Shown: positions 9,287 to 19,212, counted from the stretch's first letter. The stretch: 32,000 nt of DNA from Candidatus Hadarchaeota archaeon (GCA_964514965.1 CAZETV010000001.1:933063-965062), one strand, 5' to 3'. The notes: generated from the letters alone by a model not told the origin. Program-made: numbers and translations.

Positions 9287-10852
9287 TTAGAAAAGCTCTT
9301 TCTCCTGCAGATAGCTCCTGCCAGTTCTCAGAGCAATCTCGGCTTTCTGGAGTTCGCGCCCCAAGTATGCGGCATGTTCGATATCACTAATCAATCCTTT
9401 TTCTATAATTTCATAGCATATCTCCTCGGCGGTTTTCCCTCTTATCACGATTTTTGGGTCCCTTCCAGCGTACATGACGGCGACTATCTCATATTTGTCA
9501 ACGAAAATTTTGAAGAAACCTGTTTGATCGAGCTTAAACTTTCTCTTTGCCGATGCGTGGATTGCACTTGCTACCTTCTCGACATTTTTATCGTATAGGT
9601 CGAAAACCTTTCTCTTTTCCTTTAGGATTAGCAGGTCCAATCCTAAATCCTTGGGGACGGTGGACCTTATCTTCGATATCGTCGTCATCTCCCTCGCCTT
9701 TCTGACCTCTGCAACATTTCCCTGCGTTTTATCGCTCGCTTCCACGGTGAGCACGAAACTTGTCCCTAGTTCGCTTGCGGCTCCAACTAACAAAGCTGTC
9801 ATACCCACTGAATCTGCATCGTAAAGCTCAACCACGTTTCCTATCCCCATCAAGATCGGAAGTTCGGGATCAAGTCCCCTCAACTCGTAAAAGGACAACA
9901 GGGAGGCAACGAATCCACGGTTAACGGGTTCTAGGATGGGGTCGGCTATCACCCGTTTGTATCCGAGTTTCTCCGATTTTTTCACCAGTTTCATCAAATA
10001 CTCTACCTTTTCTCTTGGTGCACGCGGGTAATAGCCGCGCTTCGTGTTTAATGGAACGAGGACAGCGGGCACTTCAAGATTTTGAAATTCATTGATGGTG
10101 GCGCCGTTTATGCTCAGGATCAAATCAATTTCGCACTCGATGGCCTTTTTGATCTCAGTTTTGTTTAAAGTGTCAATGCTTATCGGGACATCGAAATTAT
10201 CTTTTAGTGTGGACACAAGCCTCGGAACTTCATCGACCATCTCCCTTCCCGCGAGCATTCCGATATCGATGATTTCAGCTCCGCTTTCGAAGTATCGTTT
10301 GGCGACTTCAATGATTTTCTCGTCAGAAAAGAGTGGCGCATCAGCTATTTCTCCGATGACCCTCGGCGGAAAATCTCTGCCAGCGGGAACCGCCGTCTTG
10401 CCCTTCCCAATCAAGAAATTGTGAGGTTCAGAAAGCCTTTTTTTAGCAGCTTCCTCGGCGATTTTAAGTTGTTTTTTTATAGAGGCTTTAATCTCAGAGT
10501 TTAGGAGCTCGCATGCTGGTTTCTCTTTCGAAAGCTCTATTTTATCTAAATTGTCCAGCACAATGGGGATGTCTGCAGCGTACTTTGGCCCCTTAAAAGT
10601 GGGTATCCCAAGTTTATTTTCTATCATCTTCAAGTCAAATCTAACTAGCCCTGGAACGAGGAGCATCGAGAAGTTGTTCAAGTTGATTTTTTTTAATTCA
10701 TTTATCAAAAGTTCTGGAGTCATGAATGATGCAACGGAGAGTGGCAGGACTTTTACATCAGAAGGTATAGTGCTTTCGACGGCATACCTTCGAACTAACT
10801 TTTCAGCGAGTTCAGCCGTTACCAGCAGTATTCTCTTGCCCATCGGCACCAC
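9287..10852 (-). CDS. Dihydropteroate synthase-like protein (MJ0107 type), H4MPT-pathway associated
   Basis: Central DHPS-like region (GAEIIDIGMLAGREMVDEVPRLVSTLKDNFDVPISIDTLN, ADPILEPVNRGF, PILMGIGNVVELYDADSVGMTALLVGAASELG) with extended N- and C-terminal regions. Confidence 0.85.
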   Translation of the reverse strand: MVPMGKRILLVTAELAEKLVRRYAVESTIPSDVKVLPLSVASFMTPELLINELKKINLNNFSMLLVPGLVRFDLKMIENKLGIPTFKGPKYAADIPIVLDNLDKIELSKEKPACELLNSEIKASIKKQLKIAEEAAKKRLSEPHNFLIGKGKTAVPAGRDFPPRVIGEIADAPLFSDEKIIEVAKRYFESGAEIIDIGMLAGREMVDEVPRLVSTLKDNFDVPISIDTLNKTEIKKAIECEIDLILSINGATINEFQNLEVPAVLVPLNTKRGYYPRAPREKVEYLMKLVKKSEKLGYKRVIADPILEPVNRGFVASLLSFYELRGLDPELPILMGIGNVVELYDADSVGMTALLVGAASELGTSFVLTVEASDKTQGNVAEVRKAREMTTISKIRSTVPKDLGLDLLILKEKRKVFDLYDKNVEKVASAIHASAKRKFKLDQTGFFKIFVDKYEIVAVMYAGRDPKIVIRGKTAEEICYEIIEKGLISDIEHAAYLGRELQKAEIALRTGRSYLQEKELF

Positions 10853-11590
10853 TTAGAGAACTTCATTTAGAGTTTTTGGAATTTTTTTCGGACTATCGAT
10901 TACAACATAGTTTTTATTTTTCTGCATTTTCTTGACATTTTCGATATCAATTTTTCTGAGAGTAACTTTGACTTCTTGGCCGAAGGTAACCGCGCCATAA
11001 GGGCACTTTTTGAGGCAAATGCCGCACCCTTCACACTTGGTGAGGTCTATTTTTGAATGTCCGTCAGAGAGAACTATCGCTTCAAATAGGCAAAGGTCGA
11101 TTATCGAACAAGCTTCGCAATTCAGACAAATTTCTCGGTTTATCAGGTACGGAAGTCTCGTTCTTTTCTTAATCCCAATTTGATCGCTCGGAACAATTAT
11201 TATCGGTACTTTTCCCTTCTCGGCCTGTGCTATGGCGTTTGTAACTAAGGTGTCGGTGATTCCAGCAATAGTTTTTGCAACCGTGTTTGCACTCGCCGGT
11301 GAAATGATCAGAGCATCGTAGGTTCCTCTTAATAAACGTCCTGCAAGCGGGAAGTCGGGGCCCTGCTGGACTTCAAGGATCACTTCTCGGTAATAATTAC
11401 CCGGGCAAATCTTGCTCAGTTTTTGCCAAAGCCCATAAACGCGAACGACCCTTTCTCCAGCTGAGGAAACGAAGCATGATACCACATGCTCTCTCGCTAA
11501 TTTCTCCATAACGTCGAATGTCTCTTGAAGAAAATGTCCGGCTCCTGTTATGCCCCACCCTATTTTTACCAATTCACTACCCCATCTCAT
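10853..11590 (-). CDS. Archaeoflavoprotein with C-terminal ferredoxin domain, dihydromethanopterin reductase (DmrX)-like
   Basis: Flavoprotein region IGWGITGAGHFLQETFDVM..., LIISPASANTVAKTIAGITDTLVTNAIAQAEKGKVPI; two Cys clusters CLNCEACSIIDLC and CEGCGICLKKCPYGAV. Confidence 0.85.
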   Translation of the reverse strand: MRWGSELVKIGWGITGAGHFLQETFDVMEKLAREHVVSCFVSSAGERVVRVYGLWQKLSKICPGNYYREVILEVQQGPDFPLAGRLLRGTYDALIISPASANTVAKTIAGITDTLVTNAIAQAEKGKVPIIIVPSDQIGIKKRTRLPYLINREICLNCEACSIIDLCLFEAIVLSDGHSKIDLTKCEGCGICLKKCPYGAVTFGQEVKVTLRKIDIENVKKMQKNKNYVVIDSPKKIPKTLNEVL

Positions 11591-12263
11591 TTTTGAAGAG
11601 ACCCTTAATTTTTATCATCAGGTTTAGCTCCACTGAGTGAGGAGCGATTCGCCGACATTTTTCCAAATATTCACTAATCTCAAGGAATTTCTTTTTTGCC
11701 ACGTCATATTTACCATTTTTTAACGCTTCCTTTACCCGAGTTGCCAGTATTGCGGATTCGGTCACGAAGAACTCGGACCTTTTGAACGGATAGATGGACG
11801 GAGTAATTAACTCAATATTTTTCACCCTTGCAGTAATGTGGGCCACTTCCGAACTGCCGATCTCATCCGAAATCTTTGCTCGTTCTACCTTTTCAACCTC
11901 AATCTCCACATGGGCATCGCTTTTCGCCAGTTTGGGCGCGTTCACGTTTCTCGATTTTTCGAATTCTATTGCGATTTTACCGAAGCTGGTGAATTCTTTT
12001 AGAGCAAGAGATACCAGGAGTTCCACATCTCTTACGATGTTTATAACCGCGGCCTTCGAATGGAGGAGATTCTGGAAAGTTCTGGTGTTAGTGAAAATTC
12101 TTAGAAACAACTTTGATTGATTTATTGTCTTGATACCAACAACCGATGCGTGCGGTCTTTTATCAGGTGAGAAGGTAGTCAAAATGATTTCCGCTGGGGA
12201 TTGCTCAGATAGCCCAGTTTCTGCTAATGAGGACATAACAGGCATCTTCATTTCAACATGCAT
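11577..12263 (-). CDS. DUF447 family protein (flavin-reductase-like split barrel)
   Basis: 228-aa protein; SPAEIILTTFSPDKRPHASVVGIK...LFLRIFTNTRTFQNLLHSKAAVINIVRDVELL is characteristic of archaeal DUF447. Overlaps the DmrX-like gene. Confidence 0.75.
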   Translation of the reverse strand: MHVEMKMPVMSSLAETGLSEQSPAEIILTTFSPDKRPHASVVGIKTINQSKLFLRIFTNTRTFQNLLHSKAAVINIVRDVELLVSLALKEFTSFGKIAIEFEKSRNVNAPKLAKSDAHVEIEVEKVERAKISDEIGSSEVAHITARVKNIELITPSIYPFKRSEFFVTESAILATRVKEALKNGKYDVAKKKFLEISEYLEKCRRIAPHSVELNLMIKIKGLFKNEMG

Positions 12264-12296
12264 ATGTTTTTCTCACACATAAAACTCTCAAAGATT

Positions 12297-13280
12297 TCAA
12301 GGTATCAACCCATCGAGGATTGCCAGCATTAGGGAGGATGCGGTGAGGTCAGCCGTTGTTCCTGGATTTATTCTTTTTTTTCTCAGCTCCTCATCAAATT
12401 TTTTGATAAGGGTTCTCCCCGCACTTGTTAACATTCCTCCTTTCTTGATGATCGACCTTGCCTCCCCCGATACGTTTTCCGAGATTTCTTTGCCGTGTAT
12501 CCTTTGCACGAAGGTATCGGGATATTTTGAGAGTATCTCGAGAAAGCTCTGGACGGTCGTCGTGTTCATGGTTTTAGTCTTTTCGTACAATTTTTTCACG
12601 AGTGGATAGCCGAATTCAAAAGTTATCTCCATGCCGGTGACCCATTCTCTGGATATGTTATCCCACTTTGAGCTGATATTCATTATCTCATAGAGCGAGA
12701 TATGCTCTTTCTTTATCCTATCCTTTGATGTCTCATTCTTTACATCGAGTTCATCCACTCCCTCAAGGCCTGCCGGGTCCGCAATCAAGATCGCATCGTA
12801 GACATTCAGCGCGTCCTCAGGAGTCGTGGATTTCAAGACATTTGAGAGGTTTGCCCTAAGCTTTTTCATTTCAATTTTACCTTCCCTGCCCAGCGTTATT
12901 CCTGCTGCTGCTGCAAGCGGTGTTAAGAGCAGCACTACGCCCAGATTTGTGTTTCCGTCTCTTTGCCATTTCATCGTGTTTTCAATTGCACTTTTTATTG
13001 CTCTTCCAACTCCGATATGAGTCGTTTTGACCCCTCTCTTTCCAACCCTGAACCCTCTCTTGGCCACATCGAGCAAAATGGGGCCTATCGCTATGGAGCT
13101 TGCTATGAAATGCTCAAACGTCATTTCCTTTATATCCGCAGTTCTGTGAACATTTCCCGGCTTTGGGTACCCGCTAACCTCTAGCGCTGACGCGAGTTGT
13201 GCGGCTCTTGCTATATCTTCGATATCCATCAAGATTACCTGCGCGGCCTTGCTTATTTTTCGTGTTGTATCATTTAACAA
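12297..13280 (-). CDS. Triphosphoribosyl-dephospho-CoA synthase (CitG)-like protein, H4MPT cluster associated
   Basis: 327-aa protein; LEVSGYPKPGNVHRTADIKEMTFEHFIASSIAIGP, HTHIGVGRAIKSAIENTMKWQRDGNTNLGVVLLLTPLAAAAG, PGTTADLTASSLMLAILDG. Confidence 0.8.
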   Translation of the reverse strand: MLNDTTRKISKAAQVILMDIEDIARAAQLASALEVSGYPKPGNVHRTADIKEMTFEHFIASSIAIGPILLDVAKRGFRVGKRGVKTTHIGVGRAIKSAIENTMKWQRDGNTNLGVVLLLTPLAAAAGITLGREGKIEMKKLRANLSNVLKSTTPEDALNVYDAILIADPAGLEGVDELDVKNETSKDRIKKEHISLYEIMNISSKWDNISREWVTGMEITFEFGYPLVKKLYEKTKTMNTTTVQSFLEILSKYPDTFVQRIHGKEISENVSGEARSIIKKGGMLTSAGRTLIKKFDEELRKKRINPGTTADLTASSLMLAILDGLIP

Positions 13281-13283
13281 CGT

Positions 13284-13754
13284 TTATGAGAGATGTTTGA
13301 GGTTACCAGACTTGGCTCGTTTTTTCTTCACGAGTTTTCCGAGCCCACGTTTTTGGAGCATCGCTTCGATCTCTCGCTCGGACGGTTGCGGGAGTAAGGT
13401 AGGAGCAGGGGTTCGGGACAGTTTCATCCTGAACGCTCCAATTATTTTGCTTGCAGCGAGCGTATACGCAAGCACTACCGCGCAGAAGTAGAGCGGTTCA
13501 AGCGCGAGCGCCATGGATGTGAAGATTGCGGGTCCGACGATTGCGACCCCGACCGCTAGGGCAATCACGATCGTTTTGACCTTTCGACGGCGATAAATTA
13601 CCGTGAGCTTGCCGCCCAGACCTAAGAGCAGCGCCTCCAGCCCAAAAGCCAAAGAACCGAAGAGGAGAATTATATAGAGGATTTCGATGGTGCTCAAGCA
13701 GGTCACCAATCGAGCTAGGTTGACAAACGATTTAAAATGTGAGCGGCGCCGCAT
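13284..13754 (-). CDS. Small multi-spanning membrane protein of unknown function
   Basis: ORF with about three hydrophobic segments (IEILYIILLFGSLAFGLEALLLGLG, TIVIALAVGVAIVGPAIFTSMALALEPLYFCAVVLAYTLAAS). The true start is probably internal (near STIEILY), because the 5' end overlaps nth. Confidence 0.5.
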   Translation of the reverse strand: MRRRSHFKSFVNLARLVTCLSTIEILYIILLFGSLAFGLEALLLGLGGKLTVIYRRRKVKTIVIALAVGVAIVGPAIFTSMALALEPLYFCAVVLAYTLAASKIIGAFRMKLSRTPAPTLLPQPSEREIEAMLQKRGLGKLVKKKRAKSGNLKHLS

Positions 13755-14403
13755 GGTGGCAATTTTGGGACGTTTGGGTGCTGAGTTCGAGCTCTGGCGC
13801 CGTTACACTAATGACCCGTTTCTCCTATTGGTTGGGACGGTGCTCTCGCAGAACACCAACTGGCGCAACACCCGTGCAGCCTATAACCGGCTCATCGCTA
13901 AGTTTCGAACACCCGAACAGCTCGCGAGGGCGAGAATAAGGGATATTCAACAGTTAATCAAACCTGCTGGCCTGTACAGGATGAAATCTAAACACCTGAA
14001 GGAGCTAGCGCGCATAGTGCTCGAGCGATATCACGGGGACCTAAGCACTTTGCTCCGAAAGCCGCCCGAAAAGGCGCGCCAAGAGTTGCTCTCTTTGCCC
14101 GGAATCGGCTACAAGACCGCTGATGTGCTGCTGGTCTTCGGGGCAGGGCGTGACGTGCTGCCGGTTGACACCCACATTTTCAGGATCTCAAAACGTCTTG
14201 GGTTTGCTTCACCTAAGGCCAACTACGAAAAAGTAAGACTCAAACTTGAGGAACTCACACCTAGCGGCCGTCGCGGCGAGGCGCATGTGCTGTTGATTCA
14301 ACACGGTCGGCGTTACTGTCTCGCTCGCAACCCGCTTTGCGATGAATGCCCGATCAAAGACCTCTGCCCAATTGGAATTAGTCGTGTAAAGCACGCGCCA
14401 TAG
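13753..14403 (+). CDS. nth: Endonuclease III-like DNA glycosylase/AP lyase
   Basis: FLLLVGTVLSQNTNWRNTRAAYNRL, HhH motif LLSLPGIGYKTADVLLVFG, catalytic-type PVDTHIFRISKRLG, 4Fe-4S motif CLARNPLCDECPIKDLC. The ORF opens at 13687; ATG 13753 is the likely start. Confidence 0.9.
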   Translation: MVAILGRLGAEFELWRRYTNDPFLLLVGTVLSQNTNWRNTRAAYNRLIAKFRTPEQLARARIRDIQQLIKPAGLYRMKSKHLKELARIVLERYHGDLSTLLRKPPEKARQELLSLPGIGYKTADVLLVFGAGRDVLPVDTHIFRISKRLGFASPKANYEKVRLKLEELTPSGRRGEAHVLLIQHGRRYCLARNPLCDECPIKDLCPIGISRVKHAP

Positions 14404-14468
14404 CGGAGTTGACGACCACGAGCTTGTCACGCTTTGTATCGAAAAAATGAACTTGATAAATTAACTGT

Positions 14469-14822
14469 TCATCTTTCTTCAGATTCGATTACATAGTATC
14501 TATCTAGCAACTCACAGACGGCTTTAGAAAGAGCATGATAGCACATGTCGGCATCAACTTTTTCTGTGGAGATGCTAAGAACGTAGTCTCTACAGGTGCA
14601 GAAAGTGCGGAAAACTTCATACTCGTCTGATTTCCCCCGCACGAACCATCGCCTACCCCGCCTTATAACGCAATGGTGCTTGATGGCCTCTAAAGCACGC
14701 TTCCCTCGTCCGCTGTAGGCGTCAATTATCGCTCGCTCAAGTTGCGGAGTCAAAATTTCGCCTCGCTTGAGCTGCTTGAACAGTTCATTCTTTTTGCGGA
14801 GGAAAGTTTCCGAGACCACCAC
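14469..14822 (-). CDS. Small SWIM-type zinc-finger-like protein
   Basis: 117-aa ORF with RRGRRWFVRGKSDEYEVFRTFCTCRDYVLSIS...DMCYHALSKA, matching CxC-(n)-CxH SWIM spacing. Confidence 0.7.
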   Translation of the reverse strand: MVVSETFLRKKNELFKQLKRGEILTPQLERAIIDAYSGRGKRALEAIKHHCVIRRGRRWFVRGKSDEYEVFRTFCTCRDYVLSISTEKVDADMCYHALSKAVCELLDRYYVIESEER

Positions 14823-14868
14823 ATCCCTATTTCTAAAGGCACGAGAGAGCTATAAAAAATGGAGGCAC

Positions 14869-15699
14869 ATGCTCGAGCAAACTTTAAGCCTGTTGCGCAA
14901 GCAGGGCATAAGACTCAGTAAGCGTGCTGGGCAGCATCAAGTTATAGATTCAACCATTTTGAAACAGATGGTTGGTTACGCCGAACTCTCCCGTGATGAC
15001 ATGGTGCTGGAGATAGGTGCCGGGATAGGAAATTTAACGCTTTTACTCGTCGCGAATGCGGGTAGAGTGATAGCGATAGAGCGAGATAGAAAGCTCGTGA
15101 AAGTTCTGGGGGAACGATTGAGGGGGCACTCAAATTTTGAGTTGTTGTGCGGGGATGCGTTGCACATCGAGCTCCCCAAGTTTAACAAGGTAGTCGCGAA
15201 CCTCCCCTATGGCATCTCCTCGGACATCACGTTCAAATTACTCGAGCATGGTTTCGAGTCAGCCGTACTTATGTACCAACGGGAGTTCGCCGAGCGGCTC
15301 GTGGCAAAGCCGGGGTCCGATGATTACAGCCGCCTGACGGTGAATGCTTATTACCGGGCAAGCGTCGAGTTGTTGGAGGAAGTGTTACCCGAGGCATTTT
15401 TCCCCCAACCGAAGGTCACGTCGGCGATCGTCAGGTTCAGGCCGCGAGAGCCCCCATTCAAAGTTAAAAACGAGCAAGTTTTTTTTGATGTTGTTCGAGC
15501 GCTCTTTCAGCATCGGCGCCAGCGGGTGAGGAACGCAATGTACCATTCGTTCGGGGAAATATTCCAGGGGAGGCGCCCCCCGAAAGCTGAGCGCAGGGCG
15601 TTTATCGATAGGAAACTTACAAAGAAGCTTGCGGAGGCCCGTGTGATGGACCTACCGCCCGAGAAATTTGGGGAAATAGCGAATTGTTTGGTTAGCTAA
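14869..15699 (+). CDS. ksgA: 16S rRNA (adenine-N6,N6)-dimethyltransferase KsgA/Dim1
   Basis: GQHQVIDSTILKQMV, DMVLEIGAGIGNLTLLL, VVANLPYGISSDITFKLLE, YQREFAERLVAKPGSDDYSRLTV, RPREPPF. GGAGG is upstream of ATG 14869. The track ORF starts further upstream at 14767. Confidence 0.93.
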   Translation: MLEQTLSLLRKQGIRLSKRAGQHQVIDSTILKQMVGYAELSRDDMVLEIGAGIGNLTLLLVANAGRVIAIERDRKLVKVLGERLRGHSNFELLCGDALHIELPKFNKVVANLPYGISSDITFKLLEHGFESAVLMYQREFAERLVAKPGSDDYSRLTVNAYYRASVELLEEVLPEAFFPQPKVTSAIVRFRPREPPFKVKNEQVFFDVVRALFQHRRQRVRNAMYHSFGEIFQGRRPPKAERRAFIDRKLTKKLAEARVMDLPPEKFGEIANCLVS

Positions 15700-15785
15700 T
15701 CTTCTTTTTTCCTTGTGTTCGTTAAGAAAATGTAGTGAATAGTGAACGGCGAGGATAGCAGCCGCCTGTTCCATTTTGTCCGGTC

Positions 15786-17981
15786 TTACTCCATAAAGTC
15801 TTCAGGCTTGGGCGGCTCCAGTTTTAATCCTTTGCGTTTTCGCGTGTCCCGAACGACTTGTTCTTGAAGCTCCTTTGGCAGTTGTTCGAATTTTTCGAAT
15901 TCTGTTCCCCAGATTGCCCTCCCCTCGGTCTCCGAACGCATCTCTGCCGCGAGTCCGAAGGAATTTGCTACTGGCAGCGAAGCTTTGATGATCGCGATGT
16001 CTTCTTCTGACTCCATGGTGGTGATTCGGCCCCGGCGCCCTTGGATGACCTTGGTGGCGCCACCCATGAACTCCTGCGGCACCCGTACCTCGAGTTTGAG
16101 CAAGGGTTCGAGCACCACTGGATTGGCGAGAAGGACCCCAGCCTGAATTGGGCGCCTGACCGCCGGGATGATCTGCGCTGGCCCGCGGTGCACCGAGTCT
16201 TCGTGCAACGATGCGTCGGTGATGAGTAACTTGAGCCTGCGTATGGGCTCACGCATCAGCGGTCCCTCTTCGACTACCTCTTTGAAAGCCTCGATAGCAT
16301 AGTCTTCGACTTCGCGCATGTACTGCACGCCTTTTGTAGCATCAACGAAAATGTTTGAACCGATTATCGAGAGTACATTCCGAGCGGTGTGGGTCTCCCA
16401 GCCCAGCTCCCGGAGCACGTTTGCGCGCTCCTTTTTGTCTTGTTTTTCAGCAACTTTGCCCTCCTCGATTGCTTTTATAACCTCCGGCTTGAGGGGTTCG
16501 GCTGTAATAAAAAAGCGATTGTGTTTGTTTGGGGACTTTCCCTCGACATGTTCGGCCTTACCAAGAATCGTCTCGCGATAGACGACTATGGGTTCAGATG
16601 ATTTCACTTCCAGTCCGGCTTCCTTAAGTTTGTATTCGACTATCTCGAGATGAACTTCACCCATCCCCGAAACTAGGTACTCCCCAGTCTCCTCGTTGAT
16701 TTTTATCTTTATGTTTGGGTCCTCGCGGGAAATTTTCTTGAGTTCGTTGATGAGCTTTGGCAGATCTTGGAAGTTCTTCGGCTCGACAGCAACGGTAACT
16801 ACAGGTTCACTGATGTAGCGGAGCTCCTCGAAGCCCTTACCCTCCGCCCCAACTTCTACTAGCGTCTCTCCCACGTAGGCCTCTTTCATCCCGATGAGCG
16901 CGGCGATGTTGCCAGCGGGCACCTTGTCGACCATCTCGCGCTTAGGCCCTATGTAAATACCGACCTGCTGGATGCGCGCGTCCTGCCCAGCACTCACCAG
17001 TTTGACTGTTTTGCCCTTTTCAAGTGTGCCGGAGAAGACTCGGCCCGTCGAGATGACTCCCGCCTGCTCGTCGACGATGACATCGGTGACTATCATGCAA
17101 ATTTTGCCCTCAGGATTGCAGGAGAACATGTCCTTACCGAGTTCACTCTCCACGTCTCCCTTCCATATAATTGGGATTCGGTTCGCCTGTGCCTGTTTTG
17201 GGTTGGGAAGGTGGCGAATAACCATATCGAGCACGACCTCGTAAAGTGGGCTTTTCTTCGCCAGCTCCGCTATGTTGTTCGTCTGGTAAGCGTTGATGAT
17301 GTCCTTGAAGCTGATGTTTCTGGCCTTCATCTGGGGAATCGAGAGGGCCCACTTCTCTTTCGCCGACCCAAAGGCGACTGAACCCTTCTCAACACTTACC
17401 CGCCATTTTTCGGCGATGTCAGGAGAAGCGTACCTCCCGATTAGCTGGTTGAACCTAGTTATGAGTTTGACGAACCGTGCTTGCATCCCATCGGGGGTTA
17501 GTTTGAGCTCGTCAATGAGGCGATCCACCTTGTTGATGAATAGTATGGGTCTCGCTCGCTCGCGCAGCGCTTGGCGGAGCACGGTTTCGGTCTGTGGCAT
17601 GACGCCCTCGACTGCATCCACAACTACAATCACACCATCGATTGCGCGCAGGGCTCGCGTGACATCACCGCTGAAGTCGACATGACCCGGGGTGTCAAGC
17701 AAGTTGATGAGGTGCTCCTTCCCCCCGAAAGCATGCGCCAGACTCACTGCCGCAGTCTGCACGGTTATCCCGCGCTGCTGTTCGATTTCAAGATAATCTG
17801 TGAAAAGTTGCTCACCCGCCAGCTCGAAACTTATGATTCCCGAAGCGGCGACTAAGCTGTCTGTGAGCGTCGTCTTGCCGTGATCGACGTGGGCAACTAT
17901 ACCTATGTTTCGGACATGTTCTGGCGTCCACATTATCTTGGCCACGTCGCCTAAGTGTTTGTAACGTCGCATATCCACCAC
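15786..17981 (-). CDS. Archaeal elongation factor 2
   Basis: AHVDHGKTTLTDSL, DTPGHVDFSGDV, FINKVDRL, and diphthamide-region LHEDSVHRGPAQIIP; full length with no intein. Confidence 0.98.
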   Translation of the reverse strand: MVDMRRYKHLGDVAKIMWTPEHVRNIGIVAHVDHGKTTLTDSLVAASGIISFELAGEQLFTDYLEIEQQRGITVQTAAVSLAHAFGGKEHLINLLDTPGHVDFSGDVTRALRAIDGVIVVVDAVEGVMPQTETVLRQALRERARPILFINKVDRLIDELKLTPDGMQARFVKLITRFNQLIGRYASPDIAEKWRVSVEKGSVAFGSAKEKWALSIPQMKARNISFKDIINAYQTNNIAELAKKSPLYEVVLDMVIRHLPNPKQAQANRIPIIWKGDVESELGKDMFSCNPEGKICMIVTDVIVDEQAGVISTGRVFSGTLEKGKTVKLVSAGQDARIQQVGIYIGPKREMVDKVPAGNIAALIGMKEAYVGETLVEVGAEGKGFEELRYISEPVVTVAVEPKNFQDLPKLINELKKISREDPNIKIKINEETGEYLVSGMGEVHLEIVEYKLKEAGLEVKSSEPIVVYRETILGKAEHVEGKSPNKHNRFFITAEPLKPEVIKAIEEGKVAEKQDKKERANVLRELGWETHTARNVLSIIGSNIFVDATKGVQYMREVEDYAIEAFKEVVEEGPLMREPIRRLKLLITDASLHEDSVHRGPAQIIPAVRRPIQAGVLLANPVVLEPLLKLEVRVPQEFMGGATKVIQGRRGRITTMESEEDIAIIKASLPVANSFGLAAEMRSETEGRAIWGTEFEKFEQLPKELQEQVVRDTRKRKGLKLEPPKPEDFME

Positions 17982-18021
17982 GTTAGAAAATATCTATATG
18001 TCTCATCGTTTAAAAGTAGAG

Positions 18022-19212
18022 CTAACGTAAAGGTAGGAAATCAGATTCAAGTTCATCCTTATTTTTCTCGGGTGGTGAGGGAAATTCCGTTGGTAACTCC
18101 TCGACGCGCTGTCCTATCCCAATCGTATTTCCTATACCGGCGACAATAACCACGTCACCCGGTTTAGTCCGCTCCCGCACCGCTCGCTTGATTCGTTCGA
18201 CAGCTACATCGACAGCGCGTACGAGACGTTTGTTGAGGGGTTTTATAGCTTCCTTGAATGACTCCTTGATTATGATCGCATCGAGCGGCACCTTGCGCTT
18301 TACCGATATTTCCTCGATCTTGTATTTCTCCGTGGGGGGTCCACCTATCGCAGCCCCGACGCCCTCGACCACCTGTCCGCTCACGTCTCCCTCAAGCTTC
18401 AGGGCGGCATCTATCATGATGATTCTGTTCACCTTGCGTTGTGCTACCAAGTGCTTGATTAATTCGCCGGGTTTGCCGACCCGCCCCCCAGGCCCTTTTG
18501 CCTTGACTACAAGCAGTTTTCGCCCCTCGAACTTTGTCTCAGCGTAGACGGTATCTTCGATGGGTTCCCGGCAGGAGGCCTTCCCGATCAACTGCGTCGC
18601 TGTCATTGCCCCAACTCCGTCACCTATCGGTTTTCCGGCAACGAAGGTTTTCGTCGCATCCACGAACGCTTTCGCATACTCTTTCAGGAAGGGTAGTTGC
18701 ATCTGGAGGATCATGACGAGTTGATAACTCTTCGTCTTCTCGGCCAGCAACGTGAAGTGGCGCACCAAGCGATAGAGGCTGTAGCTCGCCATCGTTCCCT
18801 CGATAGTCATCTCCAAATTGGCGGCAGCTTCGGATTCGGCGTTTGGAGCCAAGCGTGTGACGATGTCCTCGAACCTTTTCTTCCGCACATCCAACACATG
18901 TTCAAGTCTGCTAAGCACTCCCGCTGGGTCATCGCTAACTGGCGAAATTGCGAAGAATTCGAGAAAATTGTTGAGCTCCTGCTCGACATCACGTTTTGGT
19001 TTGCCGTGTTTTGTTATCTCCCGGAGCGCGACTCTTTTGCTCTCTTTCGCCCAGCCCTCGAGCTCGTGGACCGACTTGCGCAGCTGTCCCATCCCCATGC
19101 GGGCTTGTAGCCCTATCATGCGGGGCGTGATGAATATGGAGATAGCGAAGAAGACAAAGGCGAAGAGTATCCACGTAAATATGTCTATGTCGAACGGCAT
19201 AGCAATCCCCAA
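18022..19212 (-). CDS. DUF1512 family membrane-anchored protein
   Basis: N-terminal TM (IFTWILFAFVFFAISIFITPRMIG), GDGVGAMTATQLIG, RTKPGDVVIVAGIGNTIGIGQ; matches the archaeal DUF1512 pattern. Confidence 0.8.
   Translation of the reverse strand: MGIAMPFDIDIFTWILFAFVFFAISIFITPRMIGLQARMGMGQLRKSVHELEGWAKESKRVALREITKHGKPKRDVEQELNNFLEFFAISPVSDDPAGVLSRLEHVLDVRKKRFEDIVTRLAPNAESEAAANLEMTIEGTMASYSLYRLVRHFTLLAEKTKSYQLVMILQMQLPFLKEYAKAFVDATKTFVAGKPIGDGVGAMTATQLIGKASCREPIEDTVYAETKFEGRKLLVVKAKGPGGRVGKPGELIKHLVAQRKVNRIIMIDAALKLEGDVSGQVVEGVGAAIGGPPTEKYKIEEISVKRKVPLDAIIIKESFKEAIKPLNKRLVRAVDVAVERIKRAVRERTKPGDVVIVAGIGNTIGIGQRVEELPTEFPSPPEKNKDELESDFLPLR

Noticed and set aside
14767-14868. N-terminal extension of ksgA suggested by the ORF track
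   Set aside because: It overlaps the divergent SWIM-like gene; ATG 14869 has a good GGAGG upstream and matches a usual KsgA N-terminus.
15968-17855. Many ORFs antisense or alternate-frame within aEF-2 (15968-16252, 16041-16229, 16318-16581, 17293-17685, 17571-17855 and others)
   Set aside because: aEF-2 is full length and conserved on the minus strand; the overlapping frames are shadow ORFs from codon bias.
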